64,000 bases of DNA, from positions 1,543-65,542 of the forward strand of contig JAPLJI010000004.1 of NCBI GenBank assembly GCA_026388655.1. Direction: 5' to 3'. Each line of letters begins with the position of its first letter. The stretch's first letter is position 1. Both the position numbers and the translations under genes were made by a program. This DNA is from Pseudomonadota bacterium. Lineage in GTDB: Bacteria; Desulfobacterota; JAPLJL01. A model generated the notes under the pieces. It was not told the DNA's origin, did no database searches, and worked only from the letters and a program-made list of their open reading frames with translations. This document shows, in pieces, positions 6,830 through 16,919 of the stretch.

Positions 6830-8719
6830 TTAAAACCGCCATTCCGCGCCCATCCCGCCGGGAAACGCGAACGCTTGAAAGGCGTAGGGGAGGGCCTCGT
6901 GCCCTCCCACCCCTGGGCGGGGATAAACCCCGCCCCTACCTTCTGATTGGTCCGTTCGGGGAGCGAACCCTACCCTCGAACCCTCGAACCCTGGGACCCT
7001 TGAACCCTTTATTTCTTTCGGCAACGAGGGACGGGAAAACAAGGCGATGACTGCGGTGATGACCCCCGCCCCGACTATTCCCAGGCCGATATAGGTGACA
7101 TTCCGGTTCGATTCGGTGTCGCTCCGGAAGCGGTCAAGGTCGGCCTGGACTGACGCGCCCTTATAACTGTCATGCGCCGAATCGGCCCGGACCTTGAATA
7201 AAACCGCCAGCGCCGTCCCCGCCGCCGCGATTCCGGCCCCGGAGATGGTAAAGACATTCGCGACCTTCCTCTTGGTTTTGAGCGTAGACAGGTATCCGGG
7301 CCTGAAACCCAAGGCGACGTTCAACTGCTTTTCCTCGCCCCGCCCGATCTCGATCTCGCTGGCCTGGGCTTGGTAATTCCCCCCGCCCCTGATCTCCATC
7401 TGGTGCTTTCCCCAGGCTACCTTTTCCTTCGTGACCGGGGTGTTCCCGAGTGACTTCCCATCCACCAGCACCGCCGCCCCCGAAGGCCGGGATTGAACGG
7501 TCAAATAACCGAAATTCGGCTTCAGCCGGGCCTCCAGCGTCTTCTCCTCCCCGACCTTAACCGCCGCTTCGTACTCCAGGGCTTCATAATCGGGGGCGGA
7601 GACCTTGACCCGGTATTTCCCCGGCGGGACCAGGTAATCGCACGGGGTTGAATTCGCCGGCAATCCGGCGATTTCAACCCTGGCCCCGGAGGGATCCGAA
7701 ATCACCCTGATTAACGCCCCTTTGACCAGATTGAGCGTGACCATTTCTTCCGTCCTAGAAATGCTGACATCCTTGCCCGTCCGCACATACCCTTTCTTCT
7801 CCGCCTCCACCCGGTGCGTCCCCATCGCCACCTCCGTGAGCGTGGCCGGCGAGGAACCCGCTTCCCGGCCGTCCAAGTAGATCCTGGCCTCCGGGGGTTC
7901 GGTGATCACCGTGAGCCGGGCCTTCATCTCCTCCATCGGCACGGTGACGTTGGTGAACTGGTCCCTGACGACCGTCACGTTGATCCGACCGTAATAATTC
8001 CCCTTCCTGGCTTCCACCTGGTAATCCCCCGCGGGAAGGTTTGCGAGGGTTAGGGGGGTATCGCCAACCCGTTGATCGTTCAGCGTGACCGCCGCCCCCG
8101 GGGGATCGGTCTTGAGGTAAAGGCCGCCCTTGGCCCCTTCACCCCTTTGGGAGGGGGTAAACCCCTCCCCTACACCCGGAGGAGAGGGAAAAACACCGCT
8201 TTTGGGAGTAAAGGTTACCGGGAGGCCCATCAGCTTCCCCGCCAAAACCCGGACCAGATCCAGGAGATCCTCCGGCTCGCACCGGCACTTCTCCGAGGCC
8301 GATGACTCGATCTTCCCCGTTTCCACGTTCACGAGCTGAATCATCCCGATGGAGGTCTCCCCGAGCCGGTTCATGCTTCCGGTGACGACCTTCCCTACCC
8401 CGAGGAGCTTCCCCATGTCCACCCGGCATTTTTCTTCCACGCAATCCTTTACCTGAAAACCCTGCTCCTCCAAAATCTTGTCCCGGTTGGCCCGGTCAAT
8501 CACCTCGTAGCGGCCGATCTTGACCAGCTCGTCAATCACGGCGTTGGTGAGAATCACCTTGAGGGACGGGTCCAGCCCCTTCGCCACGTCCAGGTCAATG
8601 ACCGCGATATAGTTCTGCACCCGCTCGATTTTCCCCTCCTCCGCCGCGGCCGGGGCCGGTAAACTTAAAGGAAACACTGTCAGGGTGAAAATCAAGAAAA
8701 GAAAAAACCTGGATCGCAT
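6830..8719 (-). CDS. Secreted PEGA-domain repeat protein with an N-terminal CsgG/LpoB-like domain and a C-terminal TM anchor
   Basis: Start reassigned to ATG 8719 (MRSRFFLFLIFTLTV signal peptide, GGGAGG RBS). Several PEGA-like repeats follow (P-x-GA-x-V/I-x-x-DG-x-x-x-G-x-TP). The 3' end of the ORF runs into low-complexity intergenic repeats, so the true stop may lie earlier. Confidence 0.6.
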   Translation of the reverse strand: MRSRFFLFLIFTLTVFPLSLPAPAAAEEGKIERVQNYIAVIDLDVAKGLDPSLKVILTNAVIDELVKIGRYEVIDRANRDKILEEQGFQVKDCVEEKCRVDMGKLLGVGKVVTGSMNRLGETSIGMIQLVNVETGKIESSASEKCRCEPEDLLDLVRVLAGKLMGLPVTFTPKSGVFPSPPGVGEGFTPSQRGEGAKGGLYLKTDPPGAAVTLNDQRVGDTPLTLANLPAGDYQVEARKGNYYGRINVTVVRDQFTNVTVPMEEMKARLTVITEPPEARIYLDGREAGSSPATLTEVAMGTHRVEAEKKGYVRTGKDVSISRTEEMVTLNLVKGALIRVISDPSGARVEIAGLPANSTPCDYLVPPGKYRVKVSAPDYEALEYEAAVKVGEEKTLEARLKPNFGYLTVQSRPSGAAVLVDGKSLGNTPVTKEKVAWGKHQMEIRGGGNYQAQASEIEIGRGEEKQLNVALGFRPGYLSTLKTKRKVANVFTISGAGIAAAGTALAVLFKVRADSAHDSYKGASVQADLDRFRSDTESNRNVTYIGLGIVGAGVITAVIALFSRPSLPKEIKGSRVPGFEGSRVGFAPRTDQSEGRGGVYPRPGVGGHEALPYAFQAFAFPGGMGAEWRF

Positions 8720-9053
8720 TTTGACCTCCCGGATAGGAATCATCGGTGAACATTTTATCATATGGTCCCTCAAAATGTTAAATGAACCTCTCCGCGGCAA
8801 GACCGCGGGGTATCTTTCTCAAAACGATTCTTAAGCTTTGGGTTGTCATTCCCGTCCCGCATCAGAGTGCGGAATGACGGGCATGGCAGACTGGATTCCC
8901 CCGGATCAAGTCCGGGGCAGGCTTTATCAAGCGCGGAAAAACAGAATAAGGTAACCCCGCCAACCGCAGGACGCCAAACCTTTTGCTTAAAAGTAGAACC
9001 GATTACGAAACTGTTATATATTAAGATGCACATTTAAAAATAAGGAGGTTGCC

Positions 9054-10595
9054 ATGGGAATCCTGAATCAATGGAAAAAAATGCCCGGGGCGGACAAAAA
9101 GCTTCATCCCTTCGATAAACTTTACGGGTTGGTGACCCTGGGGATCATCGAATCCTTCGGCCGGGGCTTCAACCTCCTCGGAAAAGTAATCCCCGCGGCC
9201 AACCGGAAATGGGAACCGGGGGAAAGACTCCAGGTCCTTTTCCTCGCTTATTCCGGCGCCCGCAATACCGGGGCCGAGGTCCGGGTGGCGGAGTGCATCG
9301 ACCAGGTCAACCAGGTCCTGGGTGAGGAAAACGTGGACATCAACATGACCACCCTGAACCTGGAAGAAGCCCAGGAATACTTCAAAAACAACAAGGTCAA
9401 CCTTAAATTCATGAGCTCGGTGTTCTTCGGGGACGTTTTCAAGCTGGCGCTCAAGAATCACATGATCGTCCTGGTGGAAGGCTCCTGCTGGAAGGAAAAT
9501 TTCGCCTCCGCCCTGCTCCATTATTTCCTCTACGGTTCCGGGCTCGCGGCCCGGCTCGGCAAGCCCTGTTTTTTCTACGCGGTGGACGCCGGGGACATGA
9601 GCCGGTTCAACAACTTTCTTTCCTGGTATCTCTCCAAGGACGCCCACCTGATCACCCGGACGGTTGACGCCAAAAAGGTCCTGGACAAGATTGACCTCCC
9701 GGGGGCCACGGTCCGGGTTGACACCGCCTGGACCCTCCGGGCGGAAAGCCTGGATTGGGGGGCCAAGCTGCTGAAAGAGAGGGGATGGGATGGGAAGAAA
9801 CCCCTGATCGGGATGGCCATGCAGAACTATTTCTGGTGGCCGGTCATCCCCGATGTCGCCCGCTTCGCGAAGAGCCTGGTTACCGGCGACAAGAAAAACC
9901 AGTACAAGATGATTTATTTCTACGACTACGACGAGCAGGATGAGAAGCTCTACCAGAAATTTTCCGAGCTGGTCGCCCGCTCTCTTGACTGGGCCGCCGA
10001 TACCTACCAGGCCCAGATTGTCCTGGTCGGGATGGAAGCGGTGGATGAGAATGCCTGCCGGGATGTCGTGAAAATGATGAAAAACAAGGCCATCCTGATT
10101 TCCTGCAACGAGTTCGTCGGGGTTCAGATCGCCTCGTTCCTCCGCAACCTCAACCTTCTGATCACCACCCGCTATCACGCCATGGTTCTCTCGATGCCGG
10201 GGACGATTCCCTTCGTCGGGCTTTCCCGGGACGAGCGCATCCGCGGGGTCATGCAGGAAATCAAGCTTTTTGAGAAATATTACCTGGACTACCAGGACGC
10301 CGACCTGGAAAACCGCCTCCGGGGCATGGTCAGCGCGATCATGGATAGTCCCGAGGAGCAGCAGCGGATTAAAAAAGTGATCCGGGAAAATCTACCCTAT
10401 TATTTCGCCCAGATGGGAATGCTCGGCCTGGATATCCGGAATATCGTCAGCGAATCCTTCCCGGGATTCCCCCTGAAAAAGCTCGACGAGAACAAATTGG
10501 AAAACCTGATCCCCCACGTGCCGCCCGACCTCGCGGGCGACGCCCAGAAGAAGTTTCTGGAACTGAGAAAAAGCTCTGGAAAGCTGGGCGGCTAG
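9054..10595 (+). CDS. Polysaccharide pyruvyl transferase family protein (CsaB/WcaK-like)
   Basis: 513-aa ORF. The C-terminal part contains the TTRYHAMV motif typical of PS_pyruv_trans, and cell-surface polysaccharide genes lie nearby. Confidence 0.6.
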   Translation: MGILNQWKKMPGADKKLHPFDKLYGLVTLGIIESFGRGFNLLGKVIPAANRKWEPGERLQVLFLAYSGARNTGAEVRVAECIDQVNQVLGEENVDINMTTLNLEEAQEYFKNNKVNLKFMSSVFFGDVFKLALKNHMIVLVEGSCWKENFASALLHYFLYGSGLAARLGKPCFFYAVDAGDMSRFNNFLSWYLSKDAHLITRTVDAKKVLDKIDLPGATVRVDTAWTLRAESLDWGAKLLKERGWDGKKPLIGMAMQNYFWWPVIPDVARFAKSLVTGDKKNQYKMIYFYDYDEQDEKLYQKFSELVARSLDWAADTYQAQIVLVGMEAVDENACRDVVKMMKNKAILISCNEFVGVQIASFLRNLNLLITTRYHAMVLSMPGTIPFVGLSRDERIRGVMQEIKLFEKYYLDYQDADLENRLRGMVSAIMDSPEEQQRIKKVIRENLPYYFAQMGMLGLDIRNIVSESFPGFPLKKLDENKLENLIPHVPPDLAGDAQKKFLELRKSSGKLGG

Positions 10596-10668
10596 AAGGC
10601 GGGAAGGCTCCAAAATCACAAAAATTAATGTTGGGGTGCCCTCCAAACCCCCAACCGCCAACTTCCAA

Positions 10669-11391
10669 CTAATCGGGGGATTTTTTCTTCTGCAGGGTAT
10701 CCCGGATCTGTGAAATCATCCCCTGCAAGATCCTGATCTCCTGTTCGGAGAGGCCGGAGCGGTAAAACATCCTCCGGATCTTGACCATCATCCGGGTCGG
10801 ATCATCCTCGCGGAGAAAACCTATTTCCTTCAACAAGACCTCGAACCTCTTGAACATTGATTCCAGATTCCGGGTCGTGGCCAGCCGGGGGATGTCCTTT
10901 TCCCGCAGAGCCAGCATCAGATCGTAGCCCACGATCGCCACCGCCTGGGCCAGGTTGAAGGAATCATTAGCGGAAGGAGACGGGATCCTTACCACCCAGC
11001 GGCAGAGTTTGAGCTCCCGGGTGGTCAAACCCCTATCCTCGGGCCCGAAAACCACGGCGATCTGGTTGACCCGGGCCAGGGGCGCCGCCATGTCGGCCAT
11101 CTCCCGGGGGCCAATCGAATGACCGCGCTGGATGCCTTTTCTCCGGGTGGTCCCGATCACCAGGCCCATCTCGTCCACCGCCTCCGCCAGGCTTGGATAA
11201 ACCCCGGCGTTTTCCAGAATCTTCTGGGACTGGTTCGCCCACTTCCGGGCTTCATCGCCGATCTTCACCCGCGGGTTGACCAGGGCCAGCCGGGAGAATC
11301 CCAGGTTGTCGAGAACCCGGGCCGCCGCCCCCAGGTTGCCTTCATATTTAGGCTCGACCAGGATGAAATGTACCCTCTGGAAAGCATTCAT
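10669..11391 (-). CDS. trmJ: SpoU/TrmH-class tRNA (cytidine/uridine-2'-O)-methyltransferase, TrmJ-like
   Basis: 240-aa ORF starting FILVEPKYEGNLGAAARVLDNLG...LALVNP, which resembles the TrmJ N-terminus, plus a SpoU methylase fold. Confidence 0.7.
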   Translation of the reverse strand: MNAFQRVHFILVEPKYEGNLGAAARVLDNLGFSRLALVNPRVKIGDEARKWANQSQKILENAGVYPSLAEAVDEMGLVIGTTRRKGIQRGHSIGPREMADMAAPLARVNQIAVVFGPEDRGLTTRELKLCRWVVRIPSPSANDSFNLAQAVAIVGYDLMLALREKDIPRLATTRNLESMFKRFEVLLKEIGFLREDDPTRMMVKIRRMFYRSGLSEQEIRILQGMISQIRDTLQKKKSPD

Positions 11392-11526
11392 AAGTCCTTC
11401 ATCGGCTGTCAGCTTTCAGCCTTCAGCGATAGACCTGTTCTACTCCATCCTCAACGCAGGCTAAAGCCTGCGACTACCATTTTACCAATTCCGCAATCTG
11501 CATTCCGCAATCCGCATTCGAAAGGT

Positions 11527-11555
11527 TTGACCTCCCTCGGTTGGAAATTTATAAT
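11527..11555 (+). promoter_or_regulatory. Sigma70-type promoter for gap-pgk: TTGACC (-35), 17-nt spacer, TATAAT (-10)
   Basis: Perfect or near-perfect consensus hexamers at 11527-11532 and 11550-11555, about 60 nt upstream of the gap ATG. AAAGGAGG RBS at 11599-11606. Confidence 0.6.
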
Positions 11556-11613
11556 AACGGCATTCTCAATTAAATTTCAAACCTTTTTTTAGTTTAGAAA
11601 GGAGGATGTAGAA

Positions 11614-12612
11614 ATGGCGATCAAAATTGGTATCAGTGGATTCGGCCGAATCGGTCGGCTGGTCTTGCGGGCCGCACTGGAAAATAAGGATATCGAAGTG
11701 GTGGCGATCAACGATATCGCGGACATCGGGACCATCGCCCATTTGCTGAAATACGACTCGGTCCACGGCCATTTCCCCGTAAAGGTCGAAGTGGCGGATA
11801 ACGCCCTGGTCGTGGGCGGCCGGAAAATCCAGGTCTTCGCCAAGAAAGACCCGGCCGAGCTTCCCTGGAAGGACCTGGGAGTGATAGTGGCCCTGGAATG
11901 TTCCGGGAAATTCGTGGACCGGCCCGGCGGGGAAAAACACTTGAAGGCCGGCGCCCAGAAGGTCATCATCTCCGCCCCCGCCAAGGATCCGGACATCACC
12001 ATTGTGATGGGGGTCAATGATGACAAGTATGACAAGAGCAAGCACCACATCCTTTCCAACGCCAGTTGCACCACCAACTGCCTGGCCCCCGTGGCCAAGG
12101 TGATAAACGAAAAGTTCAAGATCAACTACGGCCTGATGACCACCATCCACGCCTACACCAATGACCAGCAGATTCAGGACGCCCCCCACAAGGATCTCCG
12201 CCGGGCCCGCGCCGGCGCCCTCTCCATGATCCCCACTACCACCGGCGCCGCCAAGGCGGTCGGGGAAGTCCTGCCCGAGCTCAAGGGCAAACTCGACGGC
12301 ATGTCCATCCGGGTTCCCACCCCCAACGTCTCGGTCGTGGACGTGGTCCTGATGGTGGATAAGGACACCAATGAAAAGGAAGTCAACGAAGCCCTGATCG
12401 CCGCCAGCGAGGGAAAGCTCAAGGGCATCCTCGCCTGCGCCAAGGAGCCCCTGGTTTCCATCGATTTCAACGGCGACACCCACTCCTCCATCGTCGACAT
12501 CCCCTCCACCCGGGTCATGGAAAAACGCATGGTCAAGATTATTTCCTGGTATGACAACGAAATCGGCTTCTCCCACCGGATGTGCGACCTGGCCAAGCTC
12601 ATCGGGAGTTAA
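11614..12612 (+). CDS. gap: Glyceraldehyde-3-phosphate dehydrogenase, type I
   Basis: 332 aa with [12 protein letters not shown]-binding motif and the active-site [10 protein letters not shown]. Confidence 0.95.
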   Translation: MAIKIGISGFGRIGRLVLRAALENKDIEVVAINDIADIGTIAHLLKYDSVHGHFPVKVEVADNALVVGGRKIQVFAKKDPAELPWKDLGVIVALECSGKFVDRPGGEKHLKAGAQKVIISAPAKDPDITIVMGVNDDKYDKSKHHILSNASCTTNCLAPVAKVINEKFKINYGLMTTIHAYTNDQQIQDAPHKDLRRARAGALSMIPTTTGAAKAVGEVLPELKGKLDGMSIRVPTPNVSVVDVVLMVDKDTNEKEVNEALIAASEGKLKGILACAKEPLVSIDFNGDTHSSIVDIPSTRVMEKRMVKIISWYDNEIGFSHRMCDLAKLIGS

Positions 12613-12628
12613 AGCCAAGGGGGAGAAA

Positions 12629-13813
12629 ATGGGAATCAAATATATTGACGAGCTGGATATAAAGAATAAGCGGGTCTTTATCCGGGTCGATTTCAATGTC
12701 CCTCTGAAAGATGGGAAGATTACCGATGACACCCGGGTCCGGGCGGCCCTGCCCACGATCAACCACGCGGTCAAACAGGGGGCCCGGGTCATCCTGGCTT
12801 CCCACCTGGGACGACCCAAGGGGGGGCCGGACGCCAAGCTTTCCCTGAAACCGTTGGCGGCCCACCTTGGAAGCCTGCTCAAGCAGGAGGTCAAGTGCGC
12901 CCCGGATTGCATCGGGGATGAAGTCGGGAAAATGGTTAACGGGATGAAACCCGGCGAGGTTATCCTCCTGGAAAACCTGCGCTTTCACCCCGAGGAGGAA
13001 AAAAACGACCCGGAATTCTCCAAGAAGCTGGCCGGCCTGGCGGATGTTTACATCAACGACGCCTTCGGCACCGCCCACCGGGCCCACAGCTCCACCGAAG
13101 GCATGGCCCATTTCGTTAAGGAAATCGGGGGAGGATTCCTCCTCCGGGACGAGCTAAAGAACCTGGAAGGACTGCTCAAGAATCCGGAGAAACCATTTGT
13201 CGTGATCCTCGGGGGCGCCAAGGTTTCCGACAAGATGGGGGTGATCGACAACCTCAGTGGAAAAGCCGACGTGATTTTGGTCGGCGGGGGCATGGCTTAC
13301 ACCTTCCTAAAAGCCCGGAAGATCGAGATCGGCGCCTCGAAGGTTGAGGAAAACCTGGTCTACGACGGGATGATGATGCTCGGGCGCGCCACCACCCGGA
13401 AAACCCGGATCCTGCTCCCGGTTGACCACGTGGTGGCCGATAAATTCGAGGAAGGCACCCCGCCCCAGGTCGAAGCGAAAAACGCGATCCCGGCCGGCAA
13501 GATGGGTCTGGACATCGGCCCAGCTACCATCGAGCTTTTCAAAAAGGAAATCGCATCCGCCAAGACCATCTTCTGGAACGGCCCGCTCGGGGTTTTTGAG
13601 TGGTCCGGGTTCGAGAAAGGCACCCTCGAGATCGCCAAGGCGATCGCCGAGTCCAAGGCGGTCAAGGTCGCCGGCGGGGGTGACACCATCGCCGCCATTG
13701 AAAAAGCCAAGGTGGCGGACAAGTTCACCCACATCTCGACCGGCGGCGGCGCCAGCCTCGAACTGCTCGAAGGCAAAAAGCTCCCCGGCGTGGAGGTTTT
13801 AAGAAAAGATTGA
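12629..13813 (+). CDS. pgk: Phosphoglycerate kinase
   Basis: Start moved to ATG 12629 (GGGGGAGAAA RBS). The protein [26 protein letters not shown]... is canonical PGK. The upstream part of ORF 12551 overlaps the gap 3' end and is not coding. Confidence 0.93.
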   Translation: MGIKYIDELDIKNKRVFIRVDFNVPLKDGKITDDTRVRAALPTINHAVKQGARVILASHLGRPKGGPDAKLSLKPLAAHLGSLLKQEVKCAPDCIGDEVGKMVNGMKPGEVILLENLRFHPEEEKNDPEFSKKLAGLADVYINDAFGTAHRAHSSTEGMAHFVKEIGGGFLLRDELKNLEGLLKNPEKPFVVILGGAKVSDKMGVIDNLSGKADVILVGGGMAYTFLKARKIEIGASKVEENLVYDGMMMLGRATTRKTRILLPVDHVVADKFEEGTPPQVEAKNAIPAGKMGLDIGPATIELFKKEIASAKTIFWNGPLGVFEWSGFEKGTLEIAKAIAESKAVKVAGGGDTIAAIEKAKVADKFTHISTGGGASLELLEGKKLPGVEVLRKD

Positions 13814-13887
13814 TAATTGTAGGGCTCGGTTCCGAACCGGGCCGATTCTCGGTTCGTTCGGGGAACGAACCCTGTAAATAAAATTAA

Positions 13888-13914
13888 GGCCCGCGATTTG
13901 CGGGCCTTTTTTTG
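13888..13914 (+). terminator. Rho-independent terminator after pgk (ggcccgcg-attt-gcgggcc + TTTTTTT)
   Basis: GC-rich perfect hairpin followed by a 7-T run, 75 nt after the pgk stop. Confidence 0.8.
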
Positions 13915-14003
13915 CTCTATTATAAAATCGTAGTGGCCGACCTTGGTCGGCAAGTAAGTCGAGCAAGCTCGACCGCTACAGTTTGATCAGAAATAACTCG
14001 GAA

Positions 14004-14099
14004 GGCCGATAAATCGGCAAACCACAAAACAATGTTTCGTTTTTCTTCGTAGTTGCCCGATTCATCGGGCGCATTTTAACCGGCCGACAAATCGGCCGG
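14004..14099. repeat. REP-family palindromes (ggccgataaatcggc; gtagttgcccgattcatcgggc; ccggccgacaaatcggccgg)
   Basis: Three units with the CCGAnnAATCGG palindromic core, one of them GTAG-initiated. Confidence 0.6.
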
Positions 14100-14942
14100 T
14101 TACAACAAACGGCAGTATTCTTTCGTGGCTTCTTCCCAGGAGCGGAGCGGACTGATCCCAAGCGGAGCGAGATTTAAAGAGACCAGGGGACTTTGCGGCG
14201 GTCTTTTGGCCGGGAGCGGAACCAGCCAGGAATTGACGGGTACAATCGCCGTCGGGTCCAGACCGGCGGACTCTAAAACCAACCGGGCCTGATCCACCCG
14301 TGAACAGCTCCCCGAGTTGGTTACATGATACGTGCCGAAGCCTTCCTTTCGGGATATTTCTTGGATAATTCGGGCCAGGTCCGGGGCGTAAGTGGGGCTC
14401 CCGATCTGATCCTGAAAAATCCGGGGATGTAACCCTTTTTTCACCTGGGCGACGACCCAGCTGGGGAAATCCTTGCCGGGTTTGCCGAAAAGCCAGGCGG
14501 TCCGGACGATGTAATGTTCCGGGAGAAGCTCCCGAACATAATTTTCCCCGGCCAGCTTGCTGGAACCGTATACGCTGATCGGTTTGGTGGAATCCTGCTC
14601 GGTATATGGGTCCCTCTTGGTTCCGTCAAAGACGTAATCTGTACTGATATAAACCAGGCGGGATCCGGCCTTTTTGGCCCCCACCGTCACGTTCCGGGTC
14701 CCGAGCGCGTTGATTTTAAAAGCCGATTCCGGTTTCTTTTCACAGCCATCCACATCGGTCATGGCCGCGGTATGAATAACCAGCTCCGGGTGAACCTTCT
14801 CAATCAGAGTGGTGATGGAATCAAGATCGGCGATGTTGGCTTCTTCCAGATCGATCCCGACGACCTCGTTTTCCGTGGAAGTAAAAACCTCCCGGACCTT
14901 CCCCCCCAGCATCCCCTGGCTTCCGGTGATTAAAACTTTCAT
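14100..14942 (-). CDS. rmlD: dTDP-4-dehydrorhamnose reductase
   Basis: Start reassigned to ATG 14942 (MKVLITGSQGMLG...). RmlD/RfbD family, last gene of the rml block. Confidence 0.85.
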   Translation of the reverse strand: MKVLITGSQGMLGGKVREVFTSTENEVVGIDLEEANIADLDSITTLIEKVHPELVIHTAAMTDVDGCEKKPESAFKINALGTRNVTVGAKKAGSRLVYISTDYVFDGTKRDPYTEQDSTKPISVYGSSKLAGENYVRELLPEHYIVRTAWLFGKPGKDFPSWVVAQVKKGLHPRIFQDQIGSPTYAPDLARIIQEISRKEGFGTYHVTNSGSCSRVDQARLVLESAGLDPTAIVPVNSWLVPLPAKRPPQSPLVSLNLAPLGISPLRSWEEATKEYCRLL

Positions 14943-15115
14943 AAAGAATTCCTGGAATTTGATGTGTCCTTCCCGCGGAAGCGGGAATCCAGGCAAGGAT
15001 CAAATCCTGGATTCCGCATCAAGTGCGGAATGACGTAAAAAGACACCCTCCTGGCAAGACTGCGGTGAATTGCATGTCCGAATTCCATTTGAACTTTTGA
15101 TTTTGAACTTTGGAT

Positions 15116-16141
15116 TTATTTGTTGATTCTCCACCCATACGTCTTTTCATAATATTTCTGGTATTCACCCGATTTGATCCGCCCCCACCAGGATTTGTTT
15201 TTTACATACCAATTAATCGTATCCTTAATTCCCTGCGCGAAATTAACCCGGGGGCGCCAGCCCAGCTCGCGCTCGATCCGGGTAAAATCAATCGCGTAGC
15301 GGCGGTCGTGGCCCGGCCGGTCGGCCACATGCTTGATCAGGCTGTCCGGTTTCCCCAAAGTCTCTAAAATCAACTTCACGATCTCGATATTGGTCCATTC
15401 GTTTCCGCCCCCGACATTGTAAACCTCCCCCGGCTTGCCCTTTTCCAGGACCAGGAGCAGGGCCCGGCAGTGGTCTTCCACGTGAATCCAGTCCCGGACC
15501 TGCAAGCCGTCTCCGTATACCGGCAGGGATTTATCCTCCAGGGCGTTGCTGATCATCAGGGGAATCAGCTTCTCGGGGAATTGATAGGGCCCGTAATTGT
15601 TGGAACAGCGGGTAATGAGCACCGGCAGCTTATAAGTCTCGAAGAAAGCCAGGCTGAGGAGATCGGCGCCGGCCTTGCTGGCGGAATAGGGACTGCGCGG
15701 GGAAAGCGGGGTGGTCTCCACAAACTTCCCGGTCGGTCCGAGCGATCCATATACCTCATCGGTGGAAATCTGCAGGAACCGTTTCACCCCGCGCTTCCGG
15801 GCGGTCTCCAGGAGGGTCAGCGTCCCGGTGACATTGGTGCGGATAAAATCCTCCGCGGACTCAATCGAGCGATCGACGTGCGATTCCGCGGCGAAATTGA
15901 TGACCGTATCAATTGAATTGGCGGTCCAGATTTCTTCCATGATTTTGGGATCGGCGATGTCACCCCGGACAAAACGGTAATTCGTCCCGGCGAGTTCTTC
16001 CAGCCCTTCCAGATTTTCCAGGTTTCCGGCGTAGGTAAGCTTGTCGAGGTTGACGACGCCGATTACCGGACGCTCGCGAACGAGGAAACGGATAAAATTA
16101 GAGCCGATAAAACCAGCCCCGCCCGTTATCAGAATCTTCAT
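15116..16141 (-). CDS. rmlB: dTDP-glucose 4,6-dehydratase
   Basis: 341 aa, MKILITGGAGFIGSNF..., extended SDR with catalytic YSASK. Confidence 0.92.
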   Translation of the reverse strand: MKILITGGAGFIGSNFIRFLVRERPVIGVVNLDKLTYAGNLENLEGLEELAGTNYRFVRGDIADPKIMEEIWTANSIDTVINFAAESHVDRSIESAEDFIRTNVTGTLTLLETARKRGVKRFLQISTDEVYGSLGPTGKFVETTPLSPRSPYSASKAGADLLSLAFFETYKLPVLITRCSNNYGPYQFPEKLIPLMISNALEDKSLPVYGDGLQVRDWIHVEDHCRALLLVLEKGKPGEVYNVGGGNEWTNIEIVKLILETLGKPDSLIKHVADRPGHDRRYAIDFTRIERELGWRPRVNFAQGIKDTINWYVKNKSWWGRIKSGEYQKYYEKTYGWRINK

Positions 16142-16398
16142 ACTTTGTAAATCCCCATGACCAATTTACAAATCCCAAACAAATCCCAAATCCCAATGTC
16201 AAAAAGGAAACCACATTTTTATGTGATTCCTTGTTTTTGAAAATAAGATCATAAGCAAAGTCCGGAAAATCGCCTCGCCCTGTTCTTCCCCTTCAGGGCG
16301 ATTCTCACCGAGGAAGAGAAAATGTTCTTCTTGGTCTTATTATTGGGATTTTGGTCATTGGTAATTGTTTGGGATTTGGGATTTTGAAATTGGGATTT

Positions 16399-16854
16399 TT
16401 ACCCATGTTTGGGTTTCCAATCGTAAGGAACCTTGTCCGTGAAAGGATCCTCCCGGTACTCATCCGGTCCGTCGTATTTGTATACCTCGGTGGGACAATT
16501 CAGCATCAGGGCTTCCTTCCCTCCGACCGCGCAGAAACCATGCCACACCAAGTGGGGAATCTTGACCAGGATCGGGTTCTTCTCCCCGACGAAATATTCG
16601 TTGATTTCCTTGTAGGTTGAAGAATCCTTTCGGTTGTCAAAAAGAACCAGCTTGGCCATCCCCCGGACGACGGTAATAAAATCGGTTTGTACCTTGTGGT
16701 AATGCCAGGCCTTGATCATGCCGGGATAAGCCATGGTGACATAAACCTGCCCGAACCGAACAAATAAGGAATCATCATTCCGCAGGATTTCCATCAACCA
16801 GCCCCGCTCGTCCGGGATCACCCTTAATTTTTTCGTTTCCACTCCCTGGATCAT
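16399..16854 (-). CDS. rmlC: dTDP-4-dehydrorhamnose 3,5-epimerase
   Basis: 151 aa cupin fold with RmlC motifs (RGWLMEI, HYHK). Confidence 0.85.
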   Translation of the reverse strand: MIQGVETKKLRVIPDERGWLMEILRNDDSLFVRFGQVYVTMAYPGMIKAWHYHKVQTDFITVVRGMAKLVLFDNRKDSSTYKEINEYFVGEKNPILVKIPHLVWHGFCAVGGKEALMLNCPTEVYKYDGPDEYREDPFTDKVPYDWKPKHG

Positions 16855-16919
16855 TTCACCTCCCTCTATTCCTCCATTAGAAATTCGGCATTAGAAATTA
16901 GACATTGGATATTAGATAT

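Noticed and set aside
8843-9037. 64-aa ORF and the 87-aa ORF 8770-9033 between the PEGA gene and the pyruvyl transferase
   Set aside because: They overlap the GTCATTCC...GGAATCCAG repeat copy and lack RBSs. The spacer is more plausibly regulatory or repeat DNA.
9021-10178. 385-aa antisense ORF opposite the pyruvyl transferase gene
   Set aside because: Typical high-GC antisense open frame with no recognisable domain, overlapping a well-supported gene. Similar long antisense ORFs fall into the same class: 11566-12912, 17905-19353, 26479-27600, 31240-32535, 34974-36092, 46554-47954, 46643-48049 and 52072-53298.
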